A DNA stretch of 64,000 bases from a virus. The stretch is from IMG/VR virus record IMGVR_UViG_3300037419_000871. One strand, 5' to 3'. Numbering within the stretch: the first letter of the stretch is position 1; every line of letters begins with the position of its first letter. This document shows, piece by piece, positions 55,537 through 64,000 of the stretch. Made by a program: the position numbers and the translations under genes. A model generated the notes under the pieces. That model was not told the DNA's origin. It ran no database searches and saw only the letters and a list, made by a program, of their open reading frames with translations.

Positions 55537-55868
55537 TAGGCGGCTTCCTCATCGATTGAGCTAAACAACGGCGGCACGGCTAACTTTTCCCGAGCGTATT
55601 CGCGAGCCTTATTCATCGCGGCCATTCGCTCGTTGAAATCTTGCTGTATCTTTTCGCAAAGGCGAGCTATTCGCTCTGGCGTTCGCTCCAAGCCACCAAT
55701 TTCGCCGCGATATTCGATGCCGTGCGGGCCAACAAAGTGGTAGGCGACGCGCGGAAGGAACTCGCCCTTGGTGATAACGGCATCGTGGTGACAGGCGCGC
55801 GCTACCAGCAGGTGCACCGGTTCGCCGAACTTCAGTTCTAGCGGGCGCGGCCTAAACCAAGCCATCAC
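55536..55868 (-). CDS. hypothetical protein
   Basis: 110 aa, coupled. Confidence 0.6.
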   Translation of the reverse strand: MMAWFRPRPLELKFGEPVHLLVARACHHDAVITKGEFLPRVAYHFVGPHGIEYRGEIGGLERTPERIARLCEKIQQDFNERMAAMNKAREYAREKLAVPPLFSSIDEEAA

Positions 55869-56122
55869 GCCACCTCCTTCATCACGTCGAATAAGGCGAG
55901 CACGATGTCCTTCGAAGACGTGACTTTTCCAGCATCGTCAAACGTTTCAACGACTCCATTCTCAAAGTCGATGTTGATGTCGCCGGTAGGCAAATCAACG
56001 TCAACGGCTGGCTCAAAATCGTAGAGCATCATCACGAACGTGTCGACCTGATCCCACCCCGTCGCCGTGCCGATAACGCGGCCAAGGACGGTCCAGTCAA
56101 CGCGCTTTTCTTTTGACATCAC
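55865..56122 (-). CDS. hypothetical protein
   Basis: 85 aa, coupled. Confidence 0.6.
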   Translation of the reverse strand: MMSKEKRVDWTVLGRVIGTATGWDQVDTFVMMLYDFEPAVDVDLPTGDINIDFENGVVETFDDAGKVTSSKDIVLALFDVMKEVA

Positions 56123-57045
56123 GCCACCTCTTTCATCTCAATATGCTGTTCCGCCACCCGCCCAGCCACGCGCTGGTAAACCGCGAATTCCTGGCCGGGA
56201 TTGTTGCGCGCAAGGCGCTCGGCTTCCTTGGTGGCCGCTTCGACAGAGGCGTGAGCGTGCGGCCACTGTGACGGGCGCGGCTTGCCGTTGCTGATTAGGG
56301 CGACGATGCAGGGTTCTTTCATGCCCCACGGGCGATGTGGGGGCGGTTCATCTCTCGACGGTGCCTGCACGAGTTCGAAGTAGGTTTCGGGCCATCGGTA
56401 TCTGCGGGTTTTCAAACTCGCAAAGTCCGAAGTGACGTTCACAGTCCCGCATTTCATGTTATCTGGAAAATCGGACTTCGTGACTGTATAAAGATGGTCC
56501 GCAAATAGCAGGTCGGTGCAGGATTCCACGCACCTCACCACGTCACCCGCCTTGAACTTCGGCTTCGGTGGTAACTTCGGCTTCGGCACCTCTTCCCACG
56601 GCACGCGCGCGCTCGTCGCGTGTTGCTTGCCAGCCACATCCTCCACCCGCTCCCAATCCAGATTGTCCGCATGAAAGAACGCAACAACCGTCCCATACGC
56701 GGACGCGTCATCCATCCGCACACTGACGTTGTCGCCAATGACAGCCGACACCGTGCCGCGCTCACCGCACGCGCGCACGCCACTGTGCTTGTTCAACTTA
56801 ACGCGATCGCCGGGGCGGAAGGCGGGGGAAAGACGGTAGGCGAACAAACCTTCAATGTCCGGCCCAAGATCCGGGAGGTAGCAATAATCATCTCCGCCCG
56901 GCACACTCTCGACGCGCGTCACAGTGGCAACGTCACCAACATTCCCACCGCCGCGCGCGTCAACCACGCGCACCCGATCACCAACCCGGTAGCGGCCCTG
57001 CTGCACAGCAGCAGGCTTGTCCTCATTCCATCCAAATCCGTACAT
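56119..57045 (-). CDS. protein with three SH3/KOW-like repeats
   Basis: YRVGDRVRVV, FRPGDRVKL, FKAGDVVRC; C-terminal ATKEAERLARNNPGQEF. Confidence 0.7.
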   Translation of the reverse strand: MYGFGWNEDKPAAVQQGRYRVGDRVRVVDARGGGNVGDVATVTRVESVPGGDDYCYLPDLGPDIEGLFAYRLSPAFRPGDRVKLNKHSGVRACGERGTVSAVIGDNVSVRMDDASAYGTVVAFFHADNLDWERVEDVAGKQHATSARVPWEEVPKPKLPPKPKFKAGDVVRCVESCTDLLFADHLYTVTKSDFPDNMKCGTVNVTSDFASLKTRRYRWPETYFELVQAPSRDEPPPHRPWGMKEPCIVALISNGKPRPSQWPHAHASVEAATKEAERLARNNPGQEFAVYQRVAGRVAEQHIEMKEVA

Positions 57046-57055
57046 GCGTCCCTCC

Positions 57056-57325
57056 TTAGTGCTTGGTTGCGTTGCGGGCTTCGCGGGCGCACGCAAGGCA
57101 CGCCACGTTGTGTAAGTCCGGCTCGGGTTCATCGAGCAAGCTGTCGCGATACCAGCGCTCGGTCGGCGTATCGGAGCCGTCGAAAAAGAAAACGCGGTAT
57201 TCGTCCTCGCCGCTTGTCGTAACCTTGATGCCGGTTACTGTGCCGGCGAGTTCGCCGGCGACAATAACTTCGTCATCAATGCGAAAGCGCGTCATGCCGT
57301 AGAGCGTTTGTTCAACTGGTGTCAT
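57056..57325 (-). CDS. hypothetical protein (YodC/SH3-like)
   Basis: FRIDDEVIV, CLAC. Confidence 0.6.
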   Translation of the reverse strand: MTPVEQTLYGMTRFRIDDEVIVAGELAGTVTGIKVTTSGEDEYRVFFFDGSDTPTERWYRDSLLDEPEPDLHNVACLACAREARNATKH

Positions 57326-57449
57326 CGTGGCTCCGAATAAGAAGGCACCTTGCGGTGCAGTTTGCCGCGCGGTGTGGGCGCGCGGGGTTGGGGGTAGCGG
57401 TTGCCGAAACTTGCGTGTCGGCATTGATGGGGTTTGATGGTGGTTGGCG

Positions 57450-59471
57450 TCAGGCGGCTAAACGCTGTTCTTCAGAATTGCGCTGCTTCGTTTTCGACCT
57501 CGCGGCCTTTTTTGGCCACGCGCTCGCTGGAATCTTGATATTGGTGTTGTCGCGCACCCACTCTAGGCCGCGCTGGATGTGGACCCAGCCGTTGGAGGCG
57601 CGTGGTAGGCCCATCTTGGAGTATCGACAAAATGTCGGGCTGGATATTCCGATGCGACGAGTGAATTCTATTCGACGCTCATAATCGCCTTCGTGTAAGG
57701 ACTCCTGCGGAGCCCGTCTTGTTGAAGATCGGAATTTATCGTCCCTGATCCAACCAATTACTTGTTCCTTGTCGTACAGAACTCGCAATCCAACTTTTTT
57801 TGTTCTGAGACCTCCACGTTTTGCCGCCCCTTTGATTCCTGGCGCAGATAGCCCAGTCAATCGCTCGACTTCAGCCAATGTGATCAGGCCATCATATGAA
57901 AGTATTGACGCGGCTTCGCTTCTGGAATTTTTAGTGACCCATCTTTTCGCATCTTCGACCATGGGATTTCCATGCGCGTCGGTTGGCATGCCGCGCCGCA
58001 CCCACTTATTTGCCATTGAGGCTGTTACGCCGAGCATCCGGCAGAATTCTCGCCGCGAAACACATCCGCGCGCAGGCTTTTTTCCTAGCTTTGTGTTTTC
58101 CCTTACCCAAGCCAGCCCACCAGCTTCATTTATGAAGCCTTCGCCGTCGACTGGAAGACCGACGCGCTTCCAGTTCGCAACAGTACCTCTTCTAATGCCA
58201 AGGATGTTTGCGAACTTCGTTGTGGAGCAGTACCCCTCCGGCACTACACCGCGCACCTCAGTCAGCACGCCATCAAACTCACCGATCTCGCGACCAGTCG
58301 GAAATTCGTACCCGCAAGCGCAAACCGGCTCACGCTCGGCGCGCACTTCCTTGCACTCCGGGCAACGTCGCGGACCACGCTCCACCGACAAGCGCCGCGC
58401 CTTCGCCGCGCCGCCGTCAAGCGACCAATGCCAGTCATCGGCGAACCATGCATGCTCGCGATGCAGGCCAGCGTGGTCCATGATTATTGCAACGTCTTTG
58501 CCCTTAGCCTTACGCAGACCGCGGCCAATCATCTGCAAGAGTAGTGTCGGTGACTTGGTGGGCCGCATGAGGATTACGGCGTCGATCGCTGGCAAGTCGA
58601 AGCCTTCCGTGAACACCTCGACGTTGCACAGCACCTTGATGCGGCCAGCGGCCAACTGTTGCACAGCCGAATCGCGCTCAGCTGTTGGCGTTGTGCCGTC
58701 TACATGAGCGGCTGCAATACCCTCGTCGTTAAACCGTTCTGCCAATGCACGGCTCGCTTCAACCGACGCGCAAAATGCCAGCGCGCGCTTGCCCTTGGCG
58801 TTCTTTTTATACTCGCGAACAGCGTCACCGATCAGAACGGGCGTGTTCATAATCTTGCCAAGGTCCGCTTTCTTGTAGTCACCGGCCTGCATTTTTGCGT
58901 TGGTCAGATCGGGATCGCTCGGCGCGAAATACCGAAACTCAGACAGGAAGCCTTTCTTGATAAGCTCGGCGATACCTGGCCCAGTCACTAATTCGGCAAA
59001 CCACTCGCCGAGTCCCTTGCCGTCAAGGCGCTCCGGGGTTGCGGTAAGTCCCAAGTGGCGCGCGTCTTTCAACTTGGCGCGGATTGCCGCCCAAGACTTC
59101 GCCGCGACGTGGTGGCACTCGTCCCAGATAACCAGCTTTGGCGACGGCAACTTCTTGATGCGCTTCGGCAGCGTCCCCACCGAAACAATCTGCACCCGCT
59201 TCTTTGGCTGCATCTCGCCACGCGGAGAGACAATACCGAAGTCAATTCCGGCCGCCGTGAACGCCTTAGCGACCTGCCGCTCGATTTCCTGCCGATGGCA
59301 TACGAACCAGATCACGCCACGCGACGTGGCGACGATCTCTGTTGCTGCCCTCGTCTTACCGGCTCCGGTCGGCATCTGCAAAATGCAACTGCCGCTTTTT
59401 GTTAGCGCGCGACGCGCGCTTTCAATTGCGGTGCGCTGATATGCGCGCAGCTTGGGGGATTTTGCCATCAC
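57450..59471 (-). CDS. SF2 helicase with four C-terminal HTH repeats
   Basis: LRAYQ, PTGAGKT, DECHH, TATP, QMIGRGLR, CPEC..CACG, then four wHTH repeats. Confidence 0.9.
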   Translation of the reverse strand: MMAKSPKLRAYQRTAIESARRALTKSGSCILQMPTGAGKTRAATEIVATSRGVIWFVCHRQEIERQVAKAFTAAGIDFGIVSPRGEMQPKKRVQIVSVGTLPKRIKKLPSPKLVIWDECHHVAAKSWAAIRAKLKDARHLGLTATPERLDGKGLGEWFAELVTGPGIAELIKKGFLSEFRYFAPSDPDLTNAKMQAGDYKKADLGKIMNTPVLIGDAVREYKKNAKGKRALAFCASVEASRALAERFNDEGIAAAHVDGTTPTAERDSAVQQLAAGRIKVLCNVEVFTEGFDLPAIDAVILMRPTKSPTLLLQMIGRGLRKAKGKDVAIIMDHAGLHREHAWFADDWHWSLDGGAAKARRLSVERGPRRCPECKEVRAEREPVCACGYEFPTGREIGEFDGVLTEVRGVVPEGYCSTTKFANILGIRRGTVANWKRVGLPVDGEGFINEAGGLAWVRENTKLGKKPARGCVSRREFCRMLGVTASMANKWVRRGMPTDAHGNPMVEDAKRWVTKNSRSEAASILSYDGLITLAEVERLTGLSAPGIKGAAKRGGLRTKKVGLRVLYDKEQVIGWIRDDKFRSSTRRAPQESLHEGDYERRIEFTRRIGISSPTFCRYSKMGLPRASNGWVHIQRGLEWVRDNTNIKIPASAWPKKAARSKTKQRNSEEQRLAA

Positions 59472-59740
59472 ACGCTCGCTTTATTCAGATTGAGATGCGT
59501 AAGTTTCGCTCGCAAGCGAAACTCAATCTCGCCAGTCAAGTGGTGGGTGATCGCATCCTTTTTGGAATCCAACTCTTCGATGCGCTCAACCGAACCGCGC
59601 TCGATAAAGAACTGGCAATTATTTAATTCCCAAAATCGGACGCACTTGTCGTTGATGATAATCTCTGCCCGACCCGTCGCGTCGCCATTTGAATGCAGGA
59701 CGCAACTAATGGCGCCTTCGTTTCTGAGTTGTCCGTTCAC
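59468..59740 (-). CDS. hypothetical protein
   Basis: 90 aa, coupled. Confidence 0.5.
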   Translation of the reverse strand: MNGQLRNEGAISCVLHSNGDATGRAEIIINDKCVRFWELNNCQFFIERGSVERIEELDSKKDAITHHLTGEIEFRLRAKLTHLNLNKASV

Positions 59741-59741
59741 G

Positions 59742-60254
59742 TTACGCCGCCCGCGCCAACGTCACGGCGCGCTCAGTGCTACGCTGCGGCAGCCACGTTT
59801 TTTCTTCGCTAAACGGCATCACACAATCACCGCCATACCCAAGCAAACGAGGCTGGCCGTAGCTGCACTCGGTCAGCGCGCGAACGTCGTCTTCGTACAT
59901 TCGCGAGGGGTGCTCGGTCATAAGGGCGAGCAGTTCAAGGCTGGCGCCTTGGTCGGTCGGGGCTTCTTCAATCTCTGCAATCAGAATCAGGCGGCGGACC
60001 ACTGCGCGGCTAAGGCCGGTTTTGCGGGAAATTTCTTCGTTGGTATATTGATCCCCCCACAACTCCATAACTTTGGAGTATGTAGCGTCTGATACAGACG
60101 TCTCGTTTCGGGCTGCATACAGTTCGGCACGGTGACGGTTGTAGAATTTTTCTACGGACGAGACCGACGTCCCTAATCTTGCGGCAACTTCCGCCACGGT
60201 AATTTCAGGGATGCAGGCAAGATCAATGGTTTTTTCTCGGTCCCAGCGAAACAT
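59742..60254 (-). CDS. two-HTH protein, first gene of leftward operon (Cro/GcrA-like position)
   Basis: ATG 60254 after GAGG; TVAEVAARLGTSVSSV and TNEEISRKTGLSRAVV. Confidence 0.65.
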   Translation of the reverse strand: MFRWDREKTIDLACIPEITVAEVAARLGTSVSSVEKFYNRHRAELYAARNETSVSDATYSKVMELWGDQYTNEEISRKTGLSRAVVRRLILIAEIEEAPTDQGASLELLALMTEHPSRMYEDDVRALTECSYGQPRLLGYGGDCVMPFSEEKTWLPQRSTERAVTLARAA

Positions 60255-60300
60255 TACGGCCTCTTGCGGGTTGGTTGCCTTAGCGTTCGGTAACCATACG

Positions 60301-60335
60301 CGAGAGTCGTAGATTCGCAATAGAAAGACCGTAAA
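60301..60335 (-). promoter_or_regulatory. leftward promoter/operator
   Basis: Minus-strand TTTACGGTCTTTCTATTGCGAATCTACGACTCTCG, 30/35 identical to 61769-61803. Confidence 0.7.
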
Positions 60336-60453
60336 AATCTAATAGGTATTGATGGATTTTTCGTATCCGTTTACGATGCTTATGTTTTTTCCTCTTGCGC
60401 AGCCTACGAATGTTCCATTATAGGAACGCTGAACTAGTACAAAAGGAGTAGAG

Positions 60454-61155
60454 GTGATGGATTATGGAAAGTGGCTGAAGAAGGAAATGACTAGAATCAG
60501 CGCGCGTGGGCAAAAGACGAAAAACATCGAGGCGTTGATGAAGCGGCTGAAGAAGTCGACGAACCATTATTACACATACGAGCGCGGCGAGATCGATCTA
60601 ACGCCTAAGGAAATAGCCATTTGTGCAGAGTTTTTCGGCGTCGAGCCGCCCACAAAGCAGAAGCCATCGGCAGAGACTAACGTAATTCCGTTTCACCCGC
60701 CTGGCGTCGGGTCAAAGACGATCGAATATCCTGTTCTCGGTGTCGTAGACGCAGGCGCATTTCGCGAAGCAGATATGCTGGCGCAGGTGGATCCGCGCAC
60801 CGTGCCCGGCCCGGCCAACACGGCCTACCCTCACGCGGCACCCATGGCGTGGGAGGCTCGCGGAGACTCGATGAATGAAGCCAAGATATTCGACGGTACA
60901 ATTCTGCTCGGCGTAGACTTCCAGCAAGCCGGTGCCGTCCTTACCAACGACATGGTTGTTGTCGTCCAGCAAAATCGCGGCGGGCTAATTGAGCGTTCCG
61001 TTAAGGCGGTCGCCGTTTATCCCGATCGCATTGAGTTCCAGCCGAGATCGTCCAACCCTCTGCACAAGCCTTTTGTGTATGAAAACGGCGGCGATGACGG
61101 CGTTTCAGAAGTAACAGTCCTCTCCATTATCCACTGCACTGTGAATTTGTTTTAG
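60454..61155 (+). CDS. CI-like repressor (XRE HTH + S24 peptidase domain)
   Basis: N-terminal HTH (YYTYERGE), C-terminal RGDSMN (Ser) and SVKA (Lys). Confidence 0.88.
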   Translation: MMDYGKWLKKEMTRISARGQKTKNIEALMKRLKKSTNHYYTYERGEIDLTPKEIAICAEFFGVEPPTKQKPSAETNVIPFHPPGVGSKTIEYPVLGVVDAGAFREADMLAQVDPRTVPGPANTAYPHAAPMAWEARGDSMNEAKIFDGTILLGVDFQQAGAVLTNDMVVVVQQNRGGLIERSVKAVAVYPDRIEFQPRSSNPLHKPFVYENGGDDGVSEVTVLSIIHCTVNLF

Positions 61156-61206
61156 TCATCGCGATTGTAACTTGCGCCACCCACAATTTTGACGCATTCT
61201 ATTATT

Positions 61207-61395
61207 GGGCGTAGAAAACCCGGACTTCGTTGTAGGCTAAATCCGCATATGGACGGTGCGCCGAAACCCGACTCGCACGTCGGCACCGTACCCTGGCGGG
61301 TACGCGAACTGGCCTTTGGCCGGGAGCGTCTCGCCATGTCCAACCCGCAAGGGTAAAAGCGGACGGCCCGTAAACGAAGCGGGTTTTCTACCCCC
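61207..61395 (+). ncRNA. candidate structured non-coding RNA
   Basis: 12-bp closing stem GTAGAAAACCCG/CGGGTTTTCTAC, internal stems, ACCC-GCAA-GGGT GNRA hairpin. Confidence 0.5.
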
Positions 61396-61431
61396 GGCTG
61401 CCGCGCCGATTGCGGCACATTGGGGTCTATC

Positions 61432-61707
61432 ATGCATCGATTAGCTATAGTACAGGAACGGGGAGGAAGGGCCGCGCTCGATACGTTCGACGCGGCCTTA
61501 TATTTCGCAATTCTTAGAACGTGTGGCGGCAACCCGCATGTGCGGGCAGACGGCATCTACTGCCGCGTCCTAACAACCGTCACGATCATCAATGAAGCCG
61601 ATCGATGGGCTGCACGGCACGACCCCAATGGTGTCGCGCGGGTAGCGTATGCGCGCGGGCTGTGGTTGCGCCGTAGCGAAGGAACAGACGTCCTTGAGCT
61701 TGGCTAA
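61432..61707 (+). CDS. hypothetical protein
   Basis: ORF between candidate RNA and terminator. Confidence 0.45.
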   Translation: MHRLAIVQERGGRAALDTFDAALYFAILRTCGGNPHVRADGIYCRVLTTVTIINEADRWAARHDPNGVARVAYARGLWLRRSEGTDVLELG

Positions 61708-61727
61708 CCCGTCCGCGCGCATACGTG

Positions 61728-61762
61728 AATAATAGGGCCGTTGCTGGCCCTATTATTTTTTT
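61728..61762 (+). terminator. Rho-independent terminator
   Basis: AATAATAGGGCC-gttgct-GGCCCTATTATT perfect 12-bp stem plus T run. Confidence 0.75.
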
Positions 61763-61768
61763 ATGATC

Positions 61769-61810
61769 TTTACGGTTCTTCTATTGCATTTCTACGACTC
61801 TCGTATATTC
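61769..61810 (+). promoter_or_regulatory. rightward early promoter/operator
   Basis: TTTACGGTTCTTCTATTGCATTTCTACGACTCTCGTATATT: TTGCAT -35-like, TATATT -10-like; repeat of 60301-60335. Confidence 0.7.
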
Positions 61811-61842
61811 TGCTCCTCATCGTAGTTGAGGAGCCCGCCCCA

Positions 61843-62247
61843 ATGTCCTCCATCTCCATCCAGCGCCAGCACATCCAGAACACAACGAACTGGCCGCTTT
61901 ATCGCGAACACCGCGCCTACCTGGCCGATCTGTTCCCGGCTATTCGCTACAGCGGCCAGCCCAAGGCCCCGCTGTGCTGCCACATCAAGTACGATCTGAT
62001 CGGTGCCAACACCGGCCTCAGCGCCGACGACATCAAACACTTCCTGCGCGCCTACACCTTCGGGCCGAAGTACCTGCGCGCGTTGAAGGCCGGTGCTGCA
62101 CGTTTCGACCTGTGGGGCGAACCCGTCGGGATTGTCACCGACGACGAAGCCGAAATGGCCGCGCTTGCGCTTGACGTGCATTACGAAATGCGGCGCGCGG
62201 GTCGCGTTGGTACGGGTGCTGTGCGTGGGCTGGAGTGCGCGGCATGA
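61843..62247 (+). CDS. ProQ/FinO-domain RNA-binding protein
   Basis: LADLFP..., PKAPL..HIKYDL, LRAYTFGPKYLRAL.AGAARFDLWGEPVGIVTDDEA matches FinO/ProQ pattern. Confidence 0.85.
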   Translation: MSSISIQRQHIQNTTNWPLYREHRAYLADLFPAIRYSGQPKAPLCCHIKYDLIGANTGLSADDIKHFLRAYTFGPKYLRALKAGAARFDLWGEPVGIVTDDEAEMAALALDVHYEMRRAGRVGTGAVRGLECAA

Positions 62248-62561
62248 CCAGCGCAGCAAAGCATACGGCGGCCGTGCCTCAGTGGAAAGACACGACGAGC
62301 TATTCGCAGGGACGTGACCGCAAGCCGACATGCTGGTCGATTGATTTCGGCGGGATGCATCTGAGCGTTCTAACGGGTCATCTATACAACCCCGACAATT
62401 GGGTTGTTCATTGCGAACCATGGTTTAACGCGAAACAGATCGCGCCGAAGTCAACCGACACCGCCACGGCGCAAAGGCTCGCAATCGAACTCGTAGCTGA
62501 GAAGCTGCGCGTGGCATCCGCCACCCTCGCCCGTTGCTCCTCGCAAGTGGAGGAAGGGTGA
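62244..62561 (+). CDS. hypothetical phage protein
   Basis: WKDTTSYS, WVVHC. Confidence 0.7.
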   Translation: MTSAAKHTAAVPQWKDTTSYSQGRDRKPTCWSIDFGGMHLSVLTGHLYNPDNWVVHCEPWFNAKQIAPKSTDTATAQRLAIELVAEKLRVASATLARCSSQVEEG

Positions 62562-62619
62562 TGGATGGACTTGCAAGGGCATTGACGTTTCTGCCGATCG
62601 TCATTTTCGCGATCTTCCT

Positions 62620-62841
62620 TTGTCACATGATCTGGATGATGTGATGACCGCCCCCGACCTCATAGCCGATCAAGCGATTCTCACCATCAGCGCATGGCAA
62701 CGTCAAGCTCTCCCCTCGTTGGATGAAGCAATGCTGTTGCTCTACCTCGATCAGGCGCGGCGCTGGGAAGCAAACGACAACCACCAGGATCACTACGGCG
62801 CCACGCTGGATGTGGTGCGCAGGGAGATGGCACATGGCTAA
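62620..62841 (+). CDS. hypothetical protein
   Basis: Start uncertain (62620-62647). Confidence 0.55.
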   Translation: MSHDLDDVMTAPDLIADQAILTISAWQRQALPSLDEAMLLLYLDQARRWEANDNHQDHYGATLDVVRREMAHG

Positions 62842-63085
62842 CGCAAGCGACATGCCTGCGAAGATTTGGTGGGAGGCGGGCTTCGCAGGGGCGAGCGACG
62901 TCGCTCCGGTATCGAAGGACTACACCCCCTACATCCGCGCCGATCTGGTCGAGCCTCTGGTAGAGGCGCTGCGGAAGGCAGAGGAACTTTATCAGGTCGG
63001 CTTGTTGAACGCGCCTGATAACCTTGCCGATGAAGTCGTCACGCTCCGTCGCGCCGCCCTCTCATCCTGGGAGGCCGGGCAATGA
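62834..63085 (+). CDS. hypothetical protein
   Basis: MPAKIW...YIRADL motif. Confidence 0.65.
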   Translation: MANASDMPAKIWWEAGFAGASDVAPVSKDYTPYIRADLVEPLVEALRKAEELYQVGLLNAPDNLADEVVTLRRAALSSWEAGQ

Positions 63086-63624
63086 CCACCGGCCTCCACC
63101 AATCTCAACTCGCACCAGCCGAGAACAAATTCCATGTCGGGAACGGATCCGATGGGAAGCATTATTGGCTGACCCCACCTGATGTGTATGCCGCGCTCGA
63201 TGCCGAATTTTCTTTCGACTTCGATCCGTGTCCGTATCCACTACCACACGGCTTCGATGGCCTGACCTGCGAATGGGGCCGGTCGAATTACGTCAATCCA
63301 CCATTCGGCTCGATCATCCACGATGGCAAGAAGAAAGGCCCGACAGCTTGGGTCCGCAAGGCCATTGCCGAACAGCAAAAAGGCAAGCGCGTCGTTCTGG
63401 TCTACCCGGTCGATAAGTGGGTGCTCATGCTGATGAAGGCGATCCTTGGCGATCACGCTCAGGTCCGAAACCTTGGCGACGTGAAGTGGCTGGCGACGGA
63501 GGACGGATCCGCCGGTAAGGGCACCGGGCGGCATATTGCTTGTTTCATTCTGGAGCCGGACGCCGCCATCCTCAAGGCACGTCAGACCGCCGCGCAACCG
63601 GCCAAGCAAGCGGAGGCGCGGTAA
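63082..63624 (+). CDS. phage Dam-like N6-adenine DNA methyltransferase
   Basis: HYWLTPP, FDFDPC, DGL..EW, YVNPPF. Confidence 0.85.
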   Translation: MTTGLHQSQLAPAENKFHVGNGSDGKHYWLTPPDVYAALDAEFSFDFDPCPYPLPHGFDGLTCEWGRSNYVNPPFGSIIHDGKKKGPTAWVRKAIAEQQKGKRVVLVYPVDKWVLMLMKAILGDHAQVRNLGDVKWLATEDGSAGKGTGRHIACFILEPDAAILKARQTAAQPAKQAEAR

Positions 63625-64000
63625 GTGAATGGACGCGCGCTCTACAATGAAATCGACGAGTTCGCAGCCGACTGGCTCGAAAACCTCATTCGTGCAGGGC
63701 TCATTGCCCCTGGACGAGTTGAGCGGCGATCGATCGTTGACCTCACGGCAGACGATCTTGCCGGATACTGGCAAGTCCATCTGTTCGCCGGCATTGGAAT
63801 CTGGTCAGCAAGCCTTCGCGATGCCGGACAGCGAGACGACGCGCCGTGGTGGACAGCATCCTGCCCGTGCCCGCCGTTCAGTGCAGCCGGAAAGAAAAAG
63901 TCCTGCCCCTCATGCGGCGGCACAAACCCTGTCCCGCATGTTGGACGAACTGGCCACTTCGTATGCTGCGTATGCGGCCACGACTGGCTTGCCGACGACA
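63625..64000 (+). CDS. C5 cytosine DNA methyltransferase N-terminus (3' truncated; absent from ORF track)
   Basis: GTG 63625: YNEIDEFAADWL, HLFAGIG (I), SCPCPPFS (IV); frame open to window end. Confidence 0.88.
   Translation, partial: MNGRALYNEIDEFAADWLENLIRAGLIAPGRVERRSIVDLTADDLAGYWQVHLFAGIGIWSASLRDAGQRDDAPWWTASCPCPPFSAAGKKKSCPSCGGTNPVPHVGRTGHFVCCVCGHDWLADD

Noticed and set aside
57769-58707. 312-aa plus-strand ORF
   Set aside because: Antisense shadow of the helicase-HTH gene
61211-61391. Retron msr-msd (a1/a2 inverted repeats) interpretation of the closed RNA
   Set aside because: No reverse transcriptase (no YADD/LPQG motifs) in any ORF of the window; kept only as a generic structured RNA

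Overview
The window looks like an almost complete genome of a temperate, HK97-head siphophage of a Hyphomicrobiales/rhizobial alphaproteobacterium (host inferred from gene style). It is in its unintegrated form: attP, matching the 3' half of tRNA-Val(CAC), lies intact beside the integrase with phage genes on both sides. Both window ends fall in the same type of C5-methyltransferase gene, consistent with a circular map with a small gap. Layout: 1-6.6 kb early rightward genes, Xis, integrase, attP, HNH; 7.2-11.1 kb leftward accessory operon; 11.4-13.2 kb lysis; 13.3-16.6 kb envelope moron block including an O-antigen ligase/polymerase; 16.6-36.9 kb tailspike, tail, head and packaging (minus strand); 37.1 kb tRNA-Gly; 37.6-60.3 kb leftward regulation, replication, recombination and methylation genes; 60.3-61.8 kb immunity region; 61.8-64 kb ProQ/FinO protein, Dam-like and C5 methyltransferases. 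Most notable: (1) many phage proteins carry encoded tmRNA(SsrA)-tag-like ANDN...AA termini; (2) both C5 methyltransferase genes are dual-coding, with nested alternative-frame ORFs; (3) a FinO/ProQ gene lies next to a candidate structured RNA and has a hairpin-sequestered RBS; (4) an SF2 helicase carries four tandem HTH repeats; (5) a tailspike sits next to a Wzy/WaaL-like cassette. All family assignments are by motif recognition by eye; no database searches were run.
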